A stretch of DNA of 64,000 bases. Source: a virus. The notes under the pieces were generated by a model. That model worked only from the letters and a program-made list of their open reading frames with translations, was not told the origin of the DNA and did no database searches. Made by a program: the position numbers and the translations under genes. Positions 41,949-51,427 of this stretch are shown one piece after another. The stretch covers positions 1 through 64,000 of IMG/VR virus record IMGVR_UViG_3300049740_002954; one strand, given 5' to 3'. The stretch's first letter is position 1, and each line of letters begins with the position of its first letter.

Positions 41949-43223
41949 ATGAATGATAAAGATTATGTTCTTCCAGACATCGAAGTTGAAAAAGTATATT
42001 CTGCGTTTGGCGAGATAGAAGGTTGGGGCCCAAAGCAATTAAATTTATCTAAAATTTGGGAAAAATACACAGGAAATGGAATTACTATTGGGGTAATTGA
42101 TACAGGGTTGCCTGTGCATAGAGATATTAACGATAACGCTTTGCCTGGAGAAAGTTTTGTTGATGGGGAAGAAATAGAAGATCTTCACGGGCATCAAACT
42201 CACTGCGTAGGGATTATATCTGCAAAAGATAATGATGAGGGTATGATTGGTGTCGCTCCAAAAGCAAAATGTTTATGCATAAAAGGGCTAAGCAATTCGG
42301 GCAGAGGTAGTTCTGCTGGAATCGCAAAAGCGCTTGAATATTGTTTAGATAAAAATGTTGACTTGGTTAGCATGTCTCTAGGTAGTCCTTTTCCATCTAC
42401 TCAAACACATGAAGTTATTAAAAAATTATATGCAAAAAATATTCCTGTAATTTGTGCCGCAGGAAACTCTGGTAACGCAGGGGTAAATTATCCGGCCGCC
42501 TTCAAAGAATGTATAGCTGTGGCAGCGTACGATCAATTTCAAAACATTGCTTATTTTTCTTCAAAAGGTGGAGAGGTTGATGTAGCTGCCCCTGGGGTAA
42601 AAGTATATAGCACGTATTTAAATAACGCATATGCTTCAATGAATGGAACTTCTATGGCCTGCCCTTTCGTTGCTGGTGTCGTAGCGCTTTTAATTTCTAA
42701 ACTCAGAGCAGAAGGAAAAGATTATACTGTTGAGTCGATTAGAAAAATATTAATTGAAACTGCAGACGACAAGGGGGAAGAAGGGAAAGATAATTCTTGG
42801 GGTTATGGAATAATTGATCCCGATTCAATTTTACTTAACACTCCAGATTTAAAGCCAGAACCTGAGCCAGAGCCAGAACCTGAGCCAGAACCTGAGCCAG
42901 AACCTGAGCCAGAACCTGAGCCTGAGCCAGAACCTGAGCCTGAACCTGAGCCAGAACCTGAGCCAGAACCTGAGCCAGAACCTGAGCCAGAACCTGAGCC
43001 AGAACCTGAGCCAGAGCCTGAGCCAGAGCCTGAGCCAGAACCTGAGCCAGAGCCTGAGCCTGGACCTAAGCCCAAAAAAAATAAAAAAATTATTATACCG
43101 ATTATAATTGGTATATCTTTAGCTATTATAGCTGGAGTTATATTCCTAAATGATAATGAAGAGGTTCCCGAAATAGATTGGGATCAAAAATTTCTTGACG
43201 AAAAAAATAGTAATCTAAATTAA
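41949..43223 (+). CDS. S8 subtilisin-like protease with (Pro-Glu)34 stalk and C-terminal TM anchor
   Basis: [26 protein letters not shown]. Confidence 0.92.
   Translation: MNDKDYVLPDIEVEKVYSAFGEIEGWGPKQLNLSKIWEKYTGNGITIGVIDTGLPVHRDINDNALPGESFVDGEEIEDLHGHQTHCVGIISAKDNDEGMIGVAPKAKCLCIKGLSNSGRGSSAGIAKALEYCLDKNVDLVSMSLGSPFPSTQTHEVIKKLYAKNIPVICAAGNSGNAGVNYPAAFKECIAVAAYDQFQNIAYFSSKGGEVDVAAPGVKVYSTYLNNAYASMNGTSMACPFVAGVVALLISKLRAEGKDYTVESIRKILIETADDKGEEGKDNSWGYGIIDPDSILLNTPDLKPEPEPEPEPEPEPEPEPEPEPEPEPEPEPEPEPEPEPEPEPEPEPEPEPEPEPEPEPEPEPEPEPEPEPGPKPKKNKKIIIPIIIGISLAIIAGVIFLNDNEEVPEIDWDQKFLDEKNSNLN
42855..43058 (+). repeat. coding tandem repeat CCAGAACCTGAG (34 Pro-Glu dipeptides)
   Basis: 204 nt of 6/12-bp units. 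Confidence 0.95.
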
Positions 43224-43260
43224 AATTGACATCGTTGTATTAATTTGGTATTATTATTAG

Positions 43261-44274
43261 ATGGAAACTAAAACAGGAGAACTATTAACAGAAAATATTG
43301 CTGGAGTAAATAGAATTTTACCTCACAAGCATAAATATGCGTGGGATTTATTTCTTAAAAGCTGCGCGAATAACTGGATGCCTACTGAAATCAGTATGCA
43401 AAATGATATTAAACAGTGGAAAAACAATGAAATCACAGAAGATGAAAAACTACTCGTTAAACGCTGCCTTGGATTTTTTGCAGGATCTGAGTCTTTGGTT
43501 GGCAACAACCTTCTTCTTTCGGCTTTTAGATTTATTACTGATGCTGAGTGTCGTCAGTACATACTTCGTCAAGCTTTTGAAGAAAGTCTTCACAATCTCA
43601 CGGTAGTATATGTCTGCGATAGCCTCGATCTTAATATAGAAGAGGTTTTTGCTGCATATGAAACAATTCCAAGTATTAAGGCTAAAGATGATTTTTTAAT
43701 GGAAATTACAAATGATATCAGTAGACAAGATTTCAATCCTCATACGACCGAGGGAAAGCAAGAAATTTTAAGAAACTTTTTAACTTATTGGATTGTATGC
43801 GAAGGCACTTTTTTCTTTAGTGGATTCGCAATGCTGTTAGCGTTAGGAAGACAAAATAAATTACAAGGAATTTCTGATCAAATTAAGTATACCTTGAGAG
43901 ATGAAAGCTCTCATATTGCTTTTGGAACTTACTTAATTAATACTTTAATAGATCAAAACCCAGAAATTTGGACCGAAGAAATTCAAAACGAATTTGTAGA
44001 GCATATGAAAAAAGCCGTTGAGTTAGAAATTGCTTATGCTCATGACGTACTTCCAACAGGAATTCTTGGTCTAAATGCAGATATGTTTGTTGATTATATG
44101 TATTATATTGGAAATCGAAGATTAGAAGCTATAGGTTTAAAATATCGTTTTCCAAGTGATAAAAACCCTTTTCCTTGGCTAAGTGAGGTTGTGGATGTTC
44201 AAGCTATGGGCAATTTCTTTGAACGTAGAGTTAGAGAGTATCAACAAAGCGGCGCTTTAGAAGACGATTTTTAA
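43261..44274 (+). CDS. nrdB: ribonucleotide reductase beta subunit with class Ic (R2c) signature
   Basis: GFFAGSESLVGNN, EESLHNLTV, EGTFFFSGF, RDESSH, NFFERRVREY. Confidence 0.93.
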   Translation: METKTGELLTENIAGVNRILPHKHKYAWDLFLKSCANNWMPTEISMQNDIKQWKNNEITEDEKLLVKRCLGFFAGSESLVGNNLLLSAFRFITDAECRQYILRQAFEESLHNLTVVYVCDSLDLNIEEVFAAYETIPSIKAKDDFLMEITNDISRQDFNPHTTEGKQEILRNFLTYWIVCEGTFFFSGFAMLLALGRQNKLQGISDQIKYTLRDESSHIAFGTYLINTLIDQNPEIWTEEIQNEFVEHMKKAVELEIAYAHDVLPTGILGLNADMFVDYMYYIGNRRLEAIGLKYRFPSDKNPFPWLSEVVDVQAMGNFFERRVREYQQSGALEDDF

Positions 44275-44296
44275 TTTACAAAACTCCAAAAGAAAC

Positions 44297-44328
44297 CAAA
44301 AAAAAGCCCCCAAATGGGGGCTTTTTTT
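44297..44328. terminator. bidirectional intrinsic terminator
   Basis: A-tract-GCCCCC-AAAT-GGGGGC-T-tract between convergent genes. Confidence 0.88.
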
Positions 44329-45610
44329 ATCCTAGAATATCTAGTAGAGGATCGCCTTTATGGGCGATTGTGAATGGTCTTCCCGAAGGAGAGTATTGAT
44401 AATCATTTAAAGGTAATCCTAAAGTATGTGCAATTGTTGCATTTAAATCCTCTGGCTTGATTGGTTTGCCTTCTACTGGCGACCTTCCTGTTTTATCGGT
44501 TTCTCCATAAGTTATTCCTCCTTTAACTCCTCCTCCAGCAAGAAAAGCTGTAAAGCAATAGGGCCAATGGTCTCTTCCATCTCTACCATTAATGTTTGGA
44601 GTCCTTCCAAATTCAGAGGTTAAAACGACTAAAGTTTCTGAGAGAAGACCTCTTCTGCTTAAATCAAAAAGTAATCCACTTAAGGCTTGGTCTATATCTG
44701 CACAGTTTGCTGCAACTCTTTCAAAGTTGTTGTCATGAGTGTCCCAACCCCCTCTAGTAACCTCAACATACCTAACGCCATTTTCAACCAGTCTCCTGGC
44801 CAATAAGCAACCTTTTCCAAAATTAGTTTGTCCATAAAGATTGCTAGTGGATTCTGACTCCTTGGTAATATCAAATGCATTGAGATCATTGCTGTTCATG
44901 AGCTTAATTGCGTCTTTATATAAATCCGTATAAGCTCTTACTTGTTTTTGCGGAAAATCGGTGGCAAAATTTTGATTTAATTCTTCCGCAATAGATATTC
45001 TGCTTTGGAAATGCTCGTGGTCTAAATACGATGCCATTTTGCTGTTTGCCAGTCCCGCGTTAGGATTATTAATTGGTAAAGCTCCATATTTAGATTCAAG
45101 AAATCCTGCTCCACCTCCACCTCCACCAATTTTAATATTAGTTGGTATAGTTCTATTGATTGGGCCCGCAAGCTTTGAGACCCAACTGCCAAATGTTGGA
45201 TGCACAATGGTACCTCTTTTAAGGTAGCTTGTATGCATAAGATAGCTTGCTTGTTCGTGCGCTCCTTGGCTAGTATTCATGGTTTTAATGATTGCTCCAT
45301 GATGCATAAGTTGCGCAGTTTTCGGAAGGTTTTCTGACAAGATCACTCCGTCAGCACTAGTTGGGATAGATTTTGTTGGGCCTTGAATGTCTGGCGCATC
45401 AGGCTTTGGTCCAAAAGTATCAAGGTGAGACATGGCTCCTGCCATATTCAGATATATAACGTGTCTAGCTGTTGGTATGCGAGACGCAGTCTCAAACGCG
45501 CTAACGCTGTTATGTATATACGCTCCGGCCATCGGCATTAAGCCGACCCCAAAGCACGCTTTTGCGGCATGCGCAATAAATTCCCTTCTTCCTAATTCGT
45601 CTATTTTCAT
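44327..45610 (-). CDS. DUF1501-domain protein with Tat signal
   Basis: GRREFI Tat motif; MAGAMSHLDTF.PKP, CLLARRLVE.GVRYVEV, GWDTH, SEFGRTP, GRDHW. Confidence 0.92.
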   Translation of the reverse strand: MKIDELGRREFIAHAAKACFGVGLMPMAGAYIHNSVSAFETASRIPTARHVIYLNMAGAMSHLDTFGPKPDAPDIQGPTKSIPTSADGVILSENLPKTAQLMHHGAIIKTMNTSQGAHEQASYLMHTSYLKRGTIVHPTFGSWVSKLAGPINRTIPTNIKIGGGGGGAGFLESKYGALPINNPNAGLANSKMASYLDHEHFQSRISIAEELNQNFATDFPQKQVRAYTDLYKDAIKLMNSNDLNAFDITKESESTSNLYGQTNFGKGCLLARRLVENGVRYVEVTRGGWDTHDNNFERVAANCADIDQALSGLLFDLSRRGLLSETLVVLTSEFGRTPNINGRDGRDHWPYCFTAFLAGGGVKGGITYGETDKTGRSPVEGKPIKPEDLNATIAHTLGLPLNDYQYSPSGRPFTIAHKGDPLLDILG

Positions 45611-45631
45611 AATTTTATTTGGTTTTAGTTT

Positions 45632-47902
45632 TTATTTTATAAATATAAATTCGTGAGTATTTATTAAAGTCCAGATTATTTCTTTATATACCTCTTTTTT
45701 ATCTTTTAATGACGATTTAAATAATGATATTTCTTTTGCGGATGGATTTCTATTTAGTATACATTTAAATCCAACTTTAATTTTGTCGTCCAAAGATTGT
45801 TGAGATTCTATAGCTTTTATAACTTCAAAGTTTTTATTTCTTAATAATCTTGTTTCTACAAAGCCGTTGAGTAAATTAAGTACCTGTGTTGCAGACGCGC
45901 TTTTGTTTGAATTTTCGATCTGCTCCCTGTCTGAACCACCAAACTCACGAATAAGGTGTCCTACGGGCGCAGGAGAGGGTAATTCAGAAGCTCTTACAGA
46001 ATTCCGGTCTTTTACAAAGTTTTGCTTATAGTCATCTTTCTTTGCTTGTTGTTGAGATTTGAATTTATCAACACAAGATTCGCAGCAAAACGCAACTGTC
46101 TCTCCGTTTTCATTTAGAGCTAGCAGAGTTGGATCAACAGCTCTTCCAGGTTTGATTGGACAATCTATGTTAATTGGATCTGTAAATTTTGGCTTATTTG
46201 CGATTTTTGGCCTTTCTGTTTTATTGATTTTGGCCATAAGATCTTGAAATAATTCTTCGCCAGTCATTGCTGAGAAGTTTTGAAAGTCTTCATAGCCTTT
46301 TGTGTTTTGCTGAAGTTTTCTAGAATCTATATCGTTAAATGTTAAATTTACCAACGAATCCCAAACTTGTTCGCCGCTCATTCTTTCAAGCATTGGTCCT
46401 TGATAAAAATATGGAATAGCATTATGAGATTGTTTTTCAGTATTTGGACCTGCAACAATCCACTTTACATCTACAGGCATAGACTGATCTTTATTGTCTC
46501 TTGGGATAACATCTCTTATTACAGATTCACGCTGAAAAGTTTTTGTATTATATAACACTCTTAAGAATTCTTTTAGGTCATAATCTAAGGCTACCATAAC
46601 TTTTTCTAAATGCAACTGAAGTTTTGGGTCTGTAGCCAATGTATCGTCAAACATATTATCGATTGGCTCAATTAGAGCTAATCCAAAAGCTTCCTTCCAT
46701 AACCTATTTACAACAACAGCTGTAAATCTAGGATTGGAATCTGTTGCGAGCCAATTTGCATATATTTCCCTCGAGCCAGCTTGAGGAGCTTTTGTCTTAA
46801 TATCAATTTCTTTTCCAAAAATTGTTTTTCCAGATAATGTTTCGCTTGGCTTTGCGTTGTCGTATTGATAGTCATTTGGTAAATTAATTTTTCCTGAACC
46901 CAGACTATCTAAGCCTGTTTGAAGAATGTCTTGAATGTTCCTAGATTCATTTCTTAGTTGTCTAGATTTTTGCGCCTCACCTGATTGCTCGAGTTTTCTT
47001 TGTTCTGTGTTGACCAATCTGTTAAACTGACCTAAATTATCAACACCTCTTCTTCTTAAATTTGTTGAGCCGCTTGTAAATGCGGCCATTTCATAAAATT
47101 GTTTTTGTGTCCAGCGATCAAATGGATGATCGTGGCACTGGGCGCATTCAAGACTGGTTCCAAGAAAAATGCGAACTGTATTAGCCATATTGTCTAAGGG
47201 CATGTTTACATCTCGCGCAAAATAACTAACTCCTTCATTACCCCTTTCCCATAAAGCTCCAGATGAAGAAAGCATTTCTCTTACCCAAACATCATATGGT
47301 CTATTGTTTGATATAAATTCTTTTACATAATTTTTATATGGTATACCTGATACTCTATTATTTAATCTATCTTTTATTCTTAATATATCAGCCCAAAAGT
47401 TAAACCAATGACTTGCATACCCTTCGCTACCTAATAGTTGATCTATTAATTTTGATCTTTTGTTTTTGTCTTTACTATTTAAAAAGGTGTCTACTTCCGT
47501 TAATGACGGAGTTCTTCCGATAACCTTTAAATAAGATCTGCGTAAAAAAGTAGAATCATCAACTTCTTTATTTGGTCTAAGATTATATGATCTTAATTTT
47601 GTTTCAATTAAACTGTCAATATATCTTGCGTGCGTATTTAGATCATTATCTGATAGCGGTTTTTTCAATTTAGGTAAAGCTTCATGGCTAGGCGGAAAAT
47701 TGTTTTTGATATAAGCTTGATTATCTTCTGTCAAGGAATCTATTGCTATTCTGAATAATTGCAAGTCACTTGCTCTTTTTATTAATGCGTGAGTGGCATT
47801 CGCTTCAAGAATATCTCCTTTTAAGTCTTTTCCGTTATTGAAATATAACGTATCTCCAAAACAATAAAAAGATGAGATTAATAATAAAAGTAGTTTTTTC
47901 AT
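45632..47902 (-). CDS. DUF1549/DUF1553 (PSCyt2/PSD1) secreted protein with CxxCH and a YHS-like insert
   Basis: Signal peptide; DDSTFLRR..L...GR.P, LECAQCHDHPFDRWTQKQFY, NPRF....VNRLW, LKEFLR. Confidence 0.92.
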   Translation of the reverse strand: MKKLLLLLISSFYCFGDTLYFNNGKDLKGDILEANATHALIKRASDLQLFRIAIDSLTEDNQAYIKNNFPPSHEALPKLKKPLSDNDLNTHARYIDSLIETKLRSYNLRPNKEVDDSTFLRRSYLKVIGRTPSLTEVDTFLNSKDKNKRSKLIDQLLGSEGYASHWFNFWADILRIKDRLNNRVSGIPYKNYVKEFISNNRPYDVWVREMLSSSGALWERGNEGVSYFARDVNMPLDNMANTVRIFLGTSLECAQCHDHPFDRWTQKQFYEMAAFTSGSTNLRRRGVDNLGQFNRLVNTEQRKLEQSGEAQKSRQLRNESRNIQDILQTGLDSLGSGKINLPNDYQYDNAKPSETLSGKTIFGKEIDIKTKAPQAGSREIYANWLATDSNPRFTAVVVNRLWKEAFGLALIEPIDNMFDDTLATDPKLQLHLEKVMVALDYDLKEFLRVLYNTKTFQRESVIRDVIPRDNKDQSMPVDVKWIVAGPNTEKQSHNAIPYFYQGPMLERMSGEQVWDSLVNLTFNDIDSRKLQQNTKGYEDFQNFSAMTGEELFQDLMAKINKTERPKIANKPKFTDPINIDCPIKPGRAVDPTLLALNENGETVAFCCESCVDKFKSQQQAKKDDYKQNFVKDRNSVRASELPSPAPVGHLIREFGGSDREQIENSNKSASATQVLNLLNGFVETRLLRNKNFEVIKAIESQQSLDDKIKVGFKCILNRNPSAKEISLFKSSLKDKKEVYKEIIWTLINTHEFIFIK

Positions 47903-47957
47903 ATCATATTATTACACTATTTTGATTGCTTGTCAAGAAATTTTCATATTAATTAAG

Positions 47958-47985
47958 TAAAAAAGCCACCCATTTCTGGGTGGCT
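47958..47985 (-). terminator. intrinsic terminator
   Basis: AGCCACCCA-loop-TGGGTGGCT with a T-tract on the minus strand. Confidence 0.8.
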
Positions 47986-48016
47986 GCATGAACATTAATT
48001 AGATAATTAAAGTCTG

Positions 48017-48247
48017 TTAGTCCTTTTGCTTAAAAAGGGCAACGATAAGAAGTAATGTGATTACTCCTGCGAGCGAAGCTCCGTCTCCAACGAAACCTGT
48101 GACTACCTCTTGAAGGTTGCCAATGACGTTAATAGGTGCTCCTTCGCCAAACACAACTTGTGCGACGACGAGCAATCCGATAATAGAAAGCAGAACACTT
48201 GTAACTCCTCCTGCGTAACTTTTGATTGTATCTATTGTATTTTTCAT
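48017..48247 (-). CDS. small two-TM membrane protein
   Basis: Two hydrophobic helices; VIGNL...G..G..LAG. Confidence 0.75.
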   Translation of the reverse strand: MKNTIDTIKSYAGGVTSVLLSIIGLLVVAQVVFGEGAPINVIGNLQEVVTGFVGDGASLAGVITLLLIVALFKQKD

Positions 48248-48254
48248 AGTAAAA

Positions 48255-48902
48255 TTAGAAAGAGAATGTTAGTCCAGCAGAAATAACATCTGCACTATCA
48301 ATAGAATCAGAGTCTACTCTATCGTAAGAGAGGTTTCCCGATACAGTTTCGGATAATGATTTTGATAGTTCTACCCCAATTCTGTGGTAGTCATTATCTT
48401 CAACGCCATATCTATCTGCATTTCCAAGGGCGCCAGAAAGCTCAAGATTAGCAAAAGAAAGATCAAAACTATGTGAAACTCCTAGTTCTAATACATAATT
48501 ATCTTCACTAGTATCTCTTTGCACTAGAAAAGATGGATTTAAAATAGAATTAAGACTTAATTCTAAAACCGCATCAAGCTGACTTGCTCCACTGACGATT
48601 TCTTCATGCTCAAGGCCTACGTAGGCATTGAGTAGATCTCCAAGACTGCTTGACACTCCTCCGGAAAAAGTATAAATACTTTGCCCATCAGACAATTCAT
48701 CTACAGCAGAAGCAGAGCCTTCAACGGAAAGCGCTCCTACATCTTGACTATAAGACACAGAAGCTGAGAGATGTTCGTCTGCTAGAATAGATCCTTTCGA
48801 GAAAGAATCTGTTCCATATCCTAGGGATACGGATCCAGCATGAACCGCGTTAATAAGTAGTGCTGCTGCAATAGCAGTAACTGTTAGTATTTTAGTTTTC
48901 AT
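48255..48902 (-). CDS. outer-membrane beta-barrel / porin-like protein
   Basis: Signal peptide (VHA), alternating amphipathic strands, terminal GLTFSF. Confidence 0.75.
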   Translation of the reverse strand: MKTKILTVTAIAAALLINAVHAGSVSLGYGTDSFSKGSILADEHLSASVSYSQDVGALSVEGSASAVDELSDGQSIYTFSGGVSSSLGDLLNAYVGLEHEEIVSGASQLDAVLELSLNSILNPSFLVQRDTSEDNYVLELGVSHSFDLSFANLELSGALGNADRYGVEDNDYHRIGVELSKSLSETVSGNLSYDRVDSDSIDSADVISAGLTFSF

Positions 48903-48941
48903 AATTAAAACGATTAATGATAACACATAAATCCATTAATG

Positions 48942-49367
48942 TCAAGTAATTTTTATTCTTGTCGAATTTTTATTCTTTTTTCTTGGTATTGTTATACTAA
49001 GGATTCCATTATCTGAATTGGCAGATATATTTTTTGCATCTAAATCATCGCTCAATTTAAAGGTATTTTTGAATCCATCTAAAAATATCTGTTGCTGAAT
49101 ATATTCTCCTTCGACAGAATCTTCTTTGGGGGCGTCGTAGCTAACAGATAATTGATTGTTTTTATAATTAATATTAATTTCTTCTTTCGGTACTCCTGGT
49201 ACTTGAAGTTGAATAAGTATTTCGTTTTCTTTAGATAGAATGTTTGATTGCACTGGATATTCATTTAATGAATGCGAGTACAATAGATCATCTAGTAAGG
49301 AATCTATTTTGAATGAGGCATAAGGGTTTTTATTGTTTGTTTTTGTGTTTTTAAAAAAATAAGACAT
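48942..49367 (-). CDS. small heat-shock protein (Hsp20)
   Basis: VPGVPKEEI...FKNTFKL...ISA..DNGILSITIP. Confidence 0.9.
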   Translation of the reverse strand: MSYFFKNTKTNNKNPYASFKIDSLLDDLLYSHSLNEYPVQSNILSKENEILIQLQVPGVPKEEININYKNNQLSVSYDAPKEDSVEGEYIQQQIFLDGFKNTFKLSDDLDAKNISANSDNGILSITIPRKKNKNSTRIKIT

Positions 49368-49406
49368 AATTATAATTGTTAAGGGTTAATTTTGTATTGT
49401 ACTGTA

Positions 49407-49424
49407 TTGCATCTGTCATGCCAA
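49407..49424 (-). promoter_or_regulatory. sigma54-like promoter of hsp20
   Basis: TTGGCATGACAGATGCAA has GG(-24) and GC(-12) at canonical spacing, 40 nt upstream of the ATG. Confidence 0.55.
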
Positions 49425-49988
49425 TTATTTTTTAAATAAAAATGGACGCCACTCATCCCTCTCTCTTTGAAAGGGGTGGAAGAAAGGATAAGGGTTTGAG
49501 GGCTTTAGTTCTTCACCTTTATAGTTTTTATAAGGATATATTGTTGACTTTTTAGAATTGCAAGGCTGGCATGTAAGAGTGACATTATGACTCTCTTTTG
49601 TCCCACCTTTGCTTTTTGGGTATATATGTTCGATTGTCATTTGTTTAATATCGTACTTTTCTCCACATATTTGACATCGTTTGTTATATCTTTTGTATAG
49701 ATATCTTAAATTTGGTTTATCTGAAGTCTGATAAACCCATTTTGCAGAAGTTAATAAAATTGTGGGGACAGGATAAATTTGATTAGAAGAAGTCATAAAT
49801 GGTTGATTTTCATAATAGGTTGCTCTTTGAGGGTTGATCCATTCTTCCCACGTTAAAGGTTCTCCAGAAAAAGATAAAGCTTTAACAGACATAACTTTTG
49901 AATTTTTTGATCCACAGGAAATTAATTTCCTAACTCCTTCTCTAGCACTAGTAATATTAACTGGAGTCCAAAAATGAGATAATATCAA
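49425..49988 (-). CDS. HNH endonuclease (McrA-like)
   Basis: RCQICG...TIEHIYPKSKGG....NVTLTCQPCNSKK; frame stays open to about 50042. Confidence 0.88.
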   Translation of the reverse strand: MILSHFWTPVNITSAREGVRKLISCGSKNSKVMSVKALSFSGEPLTWEEWINPQRATYYENQPFMTSSNQIYPVPTILLTSAKWVYQTSDKPNLRYLYKRYNKRCQICGEKYDIKQMTIEHIYPKSKGGTKESHNVTLTCQPCNSKKSTIYPYKNYKGEELKPSNPYPFFHPFQRERDEWRPFLFKK

Positions 49989-50037
49989 GACAAGTCTGTC
50001 TTTAGCGCTACAGAGGAATGGATTTTCATTACTAATT

Positions 50038-50274
50038 TTAACCTAAACTAATTTTTAAAAACCCATTTTCGTCATGCCATAAAACTCCAGAAACTGCAGG
50101 GTCTTGTTGTGGTAAATCTAAAAATTGTATCTGTGCGCTTCCACTAAGTCCGGGGTAAGCGCATAAAGCTTGTCCGCTATTAATATACATTTCACCCTCT
50201 TTTGAAGAAAGAGTTACTGGGTTTTCTTGGTCTGAAATAAGTTTTACTTTTGGTATATGAACTATATTGTTCAT
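50038..50274 (-). CDS. hypothetical protein (fibre-like C-terminal motif)
   Basis: LPQQDPAVSGVLW.DENGFLKISLG. Confidence 0.65.
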   Translation of the reverse strand: MNNIVHIPKVKLISDQENPVTLSSKEGEMYINSGQALCAYPGLSGSAQIQFLDLPQQDPAVSGVLWHDENGFLKISLG

Positions 50275-51425
50275 TTTTCATGAGTATAGCCCATTTTTTT
50301 CATCTTGAGATGCTCTTCAAAAGTATTCGCTTTGTAACCTTTTCCTGTTTTTGGATCATACATCATGTGGGGTTTGAAGTTTTTCTTATCATCTTCTTCT
50401 GCAGACTTCGCTTTTTCCCAAGCTTTTTTTTGAGGGCGATCTTTATCTCCAGGTTTCGCAGGTTTATAGTTTTTACCCATGCGTTTTTTCTTTTTTCGAA
50501 TATTTTCCCAAAGGCCGGCTTCTGTTTCGTCTTCTGAGTTTGCGTTTTTTTCACCTTCATCTTCTTCTCCTTTGGTCATTTTGGTGACGCTTTTTTTACT
50601 CCACATTTTACAGCTCCAATAGCGAGCTTTTGTTTTGGGCCCTGGGTTTGCGCAATTATGACGAGCTCTAAAATTTTTGCGACGACTTGGATCATCGCGC
50701 TTAATTTCCATATTTGGGTCCCCAAAATTAACTTTGACAACATTCCCCTTTTCATTTTTAACATAAACAGAAAACTTTTTAGGTCCACCTGGCGTCCGAA
50801 ATGGCTTGTTTAACTTTTTACCTTTATTTGCTTCAGCTGCCCAGCTTTCTTCATCGATATATTCTTCAAAGCCAAGCTCATCTACATCAATAAATATAGT
50901 ACTCCACATTTCTTCCGTAAAATCTGGATCTTCTTGAAGTTGGTGGTTGTGTATATCCAGTTTCGCTTGAATTAAATCTTCTTCTGAAAAGAAATTTTCT
51001 TCTCTTACCCCATCATCAATGAGTACATTTGCAGAGGCTTTAGCGATATCTTGATCAGCTTTTCTGTAGGAATCTTTAACTTTTCCGCCTCTAACCATTT
51101 TTAAGAAAGTGTTAACTCTTGCCATTGCCCATTGCCCCCTACTTTTACCAGGTCTATGACTTGATGAAAAAGCTCCCGCTCCTCTCCTATATACTTTTTT
51201 AAGCTGGGATAATGTTACTTTTTTCTTGCTTTTTAAATTGTGCTCTTTAACTTTAGACTTTAAAGATTCTAAAACTTTATCGGAAAATGTTATTTTTCCT
51301 CCATCTTCTCCTGCACTACCTGGCTTGTTTTTGCTCGAGCCCTTGCGTTTTTCTGATTTTTTTGCGGGGGTTTGCGCTGAACTTTTTGGTCCCGGACGTT
51401 TAGCTGATTTAGATTCGTTTTCCAT
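50271..51425 (-). CDS. basic mosaic protein (DUF5824-like and DUF6321-like modules), possibly virion internal
   Basis: KVYRRGAGAFSSSHRPG..QWAMARVN; KVNFGDPNM...RRKNFRARHNC...ARYWSC. Confidence 0.7.
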   Translation of the reverse strand: MENESKSAKRPGPKSSAQTPAKKSEKRKGSSKNKPGSAGEDGGKITFSDKVLESLKSKVKEHNLKSKKKVTLSQLKKVYRRGAGAFSSSHRPGKSRGQWAMARVNTFLKMVRGGKVKDSYRKADQDIAKASANVLIDDGVREENFFSEEDLIQAKLDIHNHQLQEDPDFTEEMWSTIFIDVDELGFEEYIDEESWAAEANKGKKLNKPFRTPGGPKKFSVYVKNEKGNVVKVNFGDPNMEIKRDDPSRRKNFRARHNCANPGPKTKARYWSCKMWSKKSVTKMTKGEEDEGEKNANSEDETEAGLWENIRKKKKRMGKNYKPAKPGDKDRPQKKAWEKAKSAEEDDKKNFKPHMMYDPKTGKGYKANTFEEHLKMKKMGYTHEK

Positions 51426-51427
51426 AA

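Noticed and set aside
42803-43075. (Gly-Ser)n ORF
   Set aside because: It is the antisense reading of the Pro-Glu repeat.
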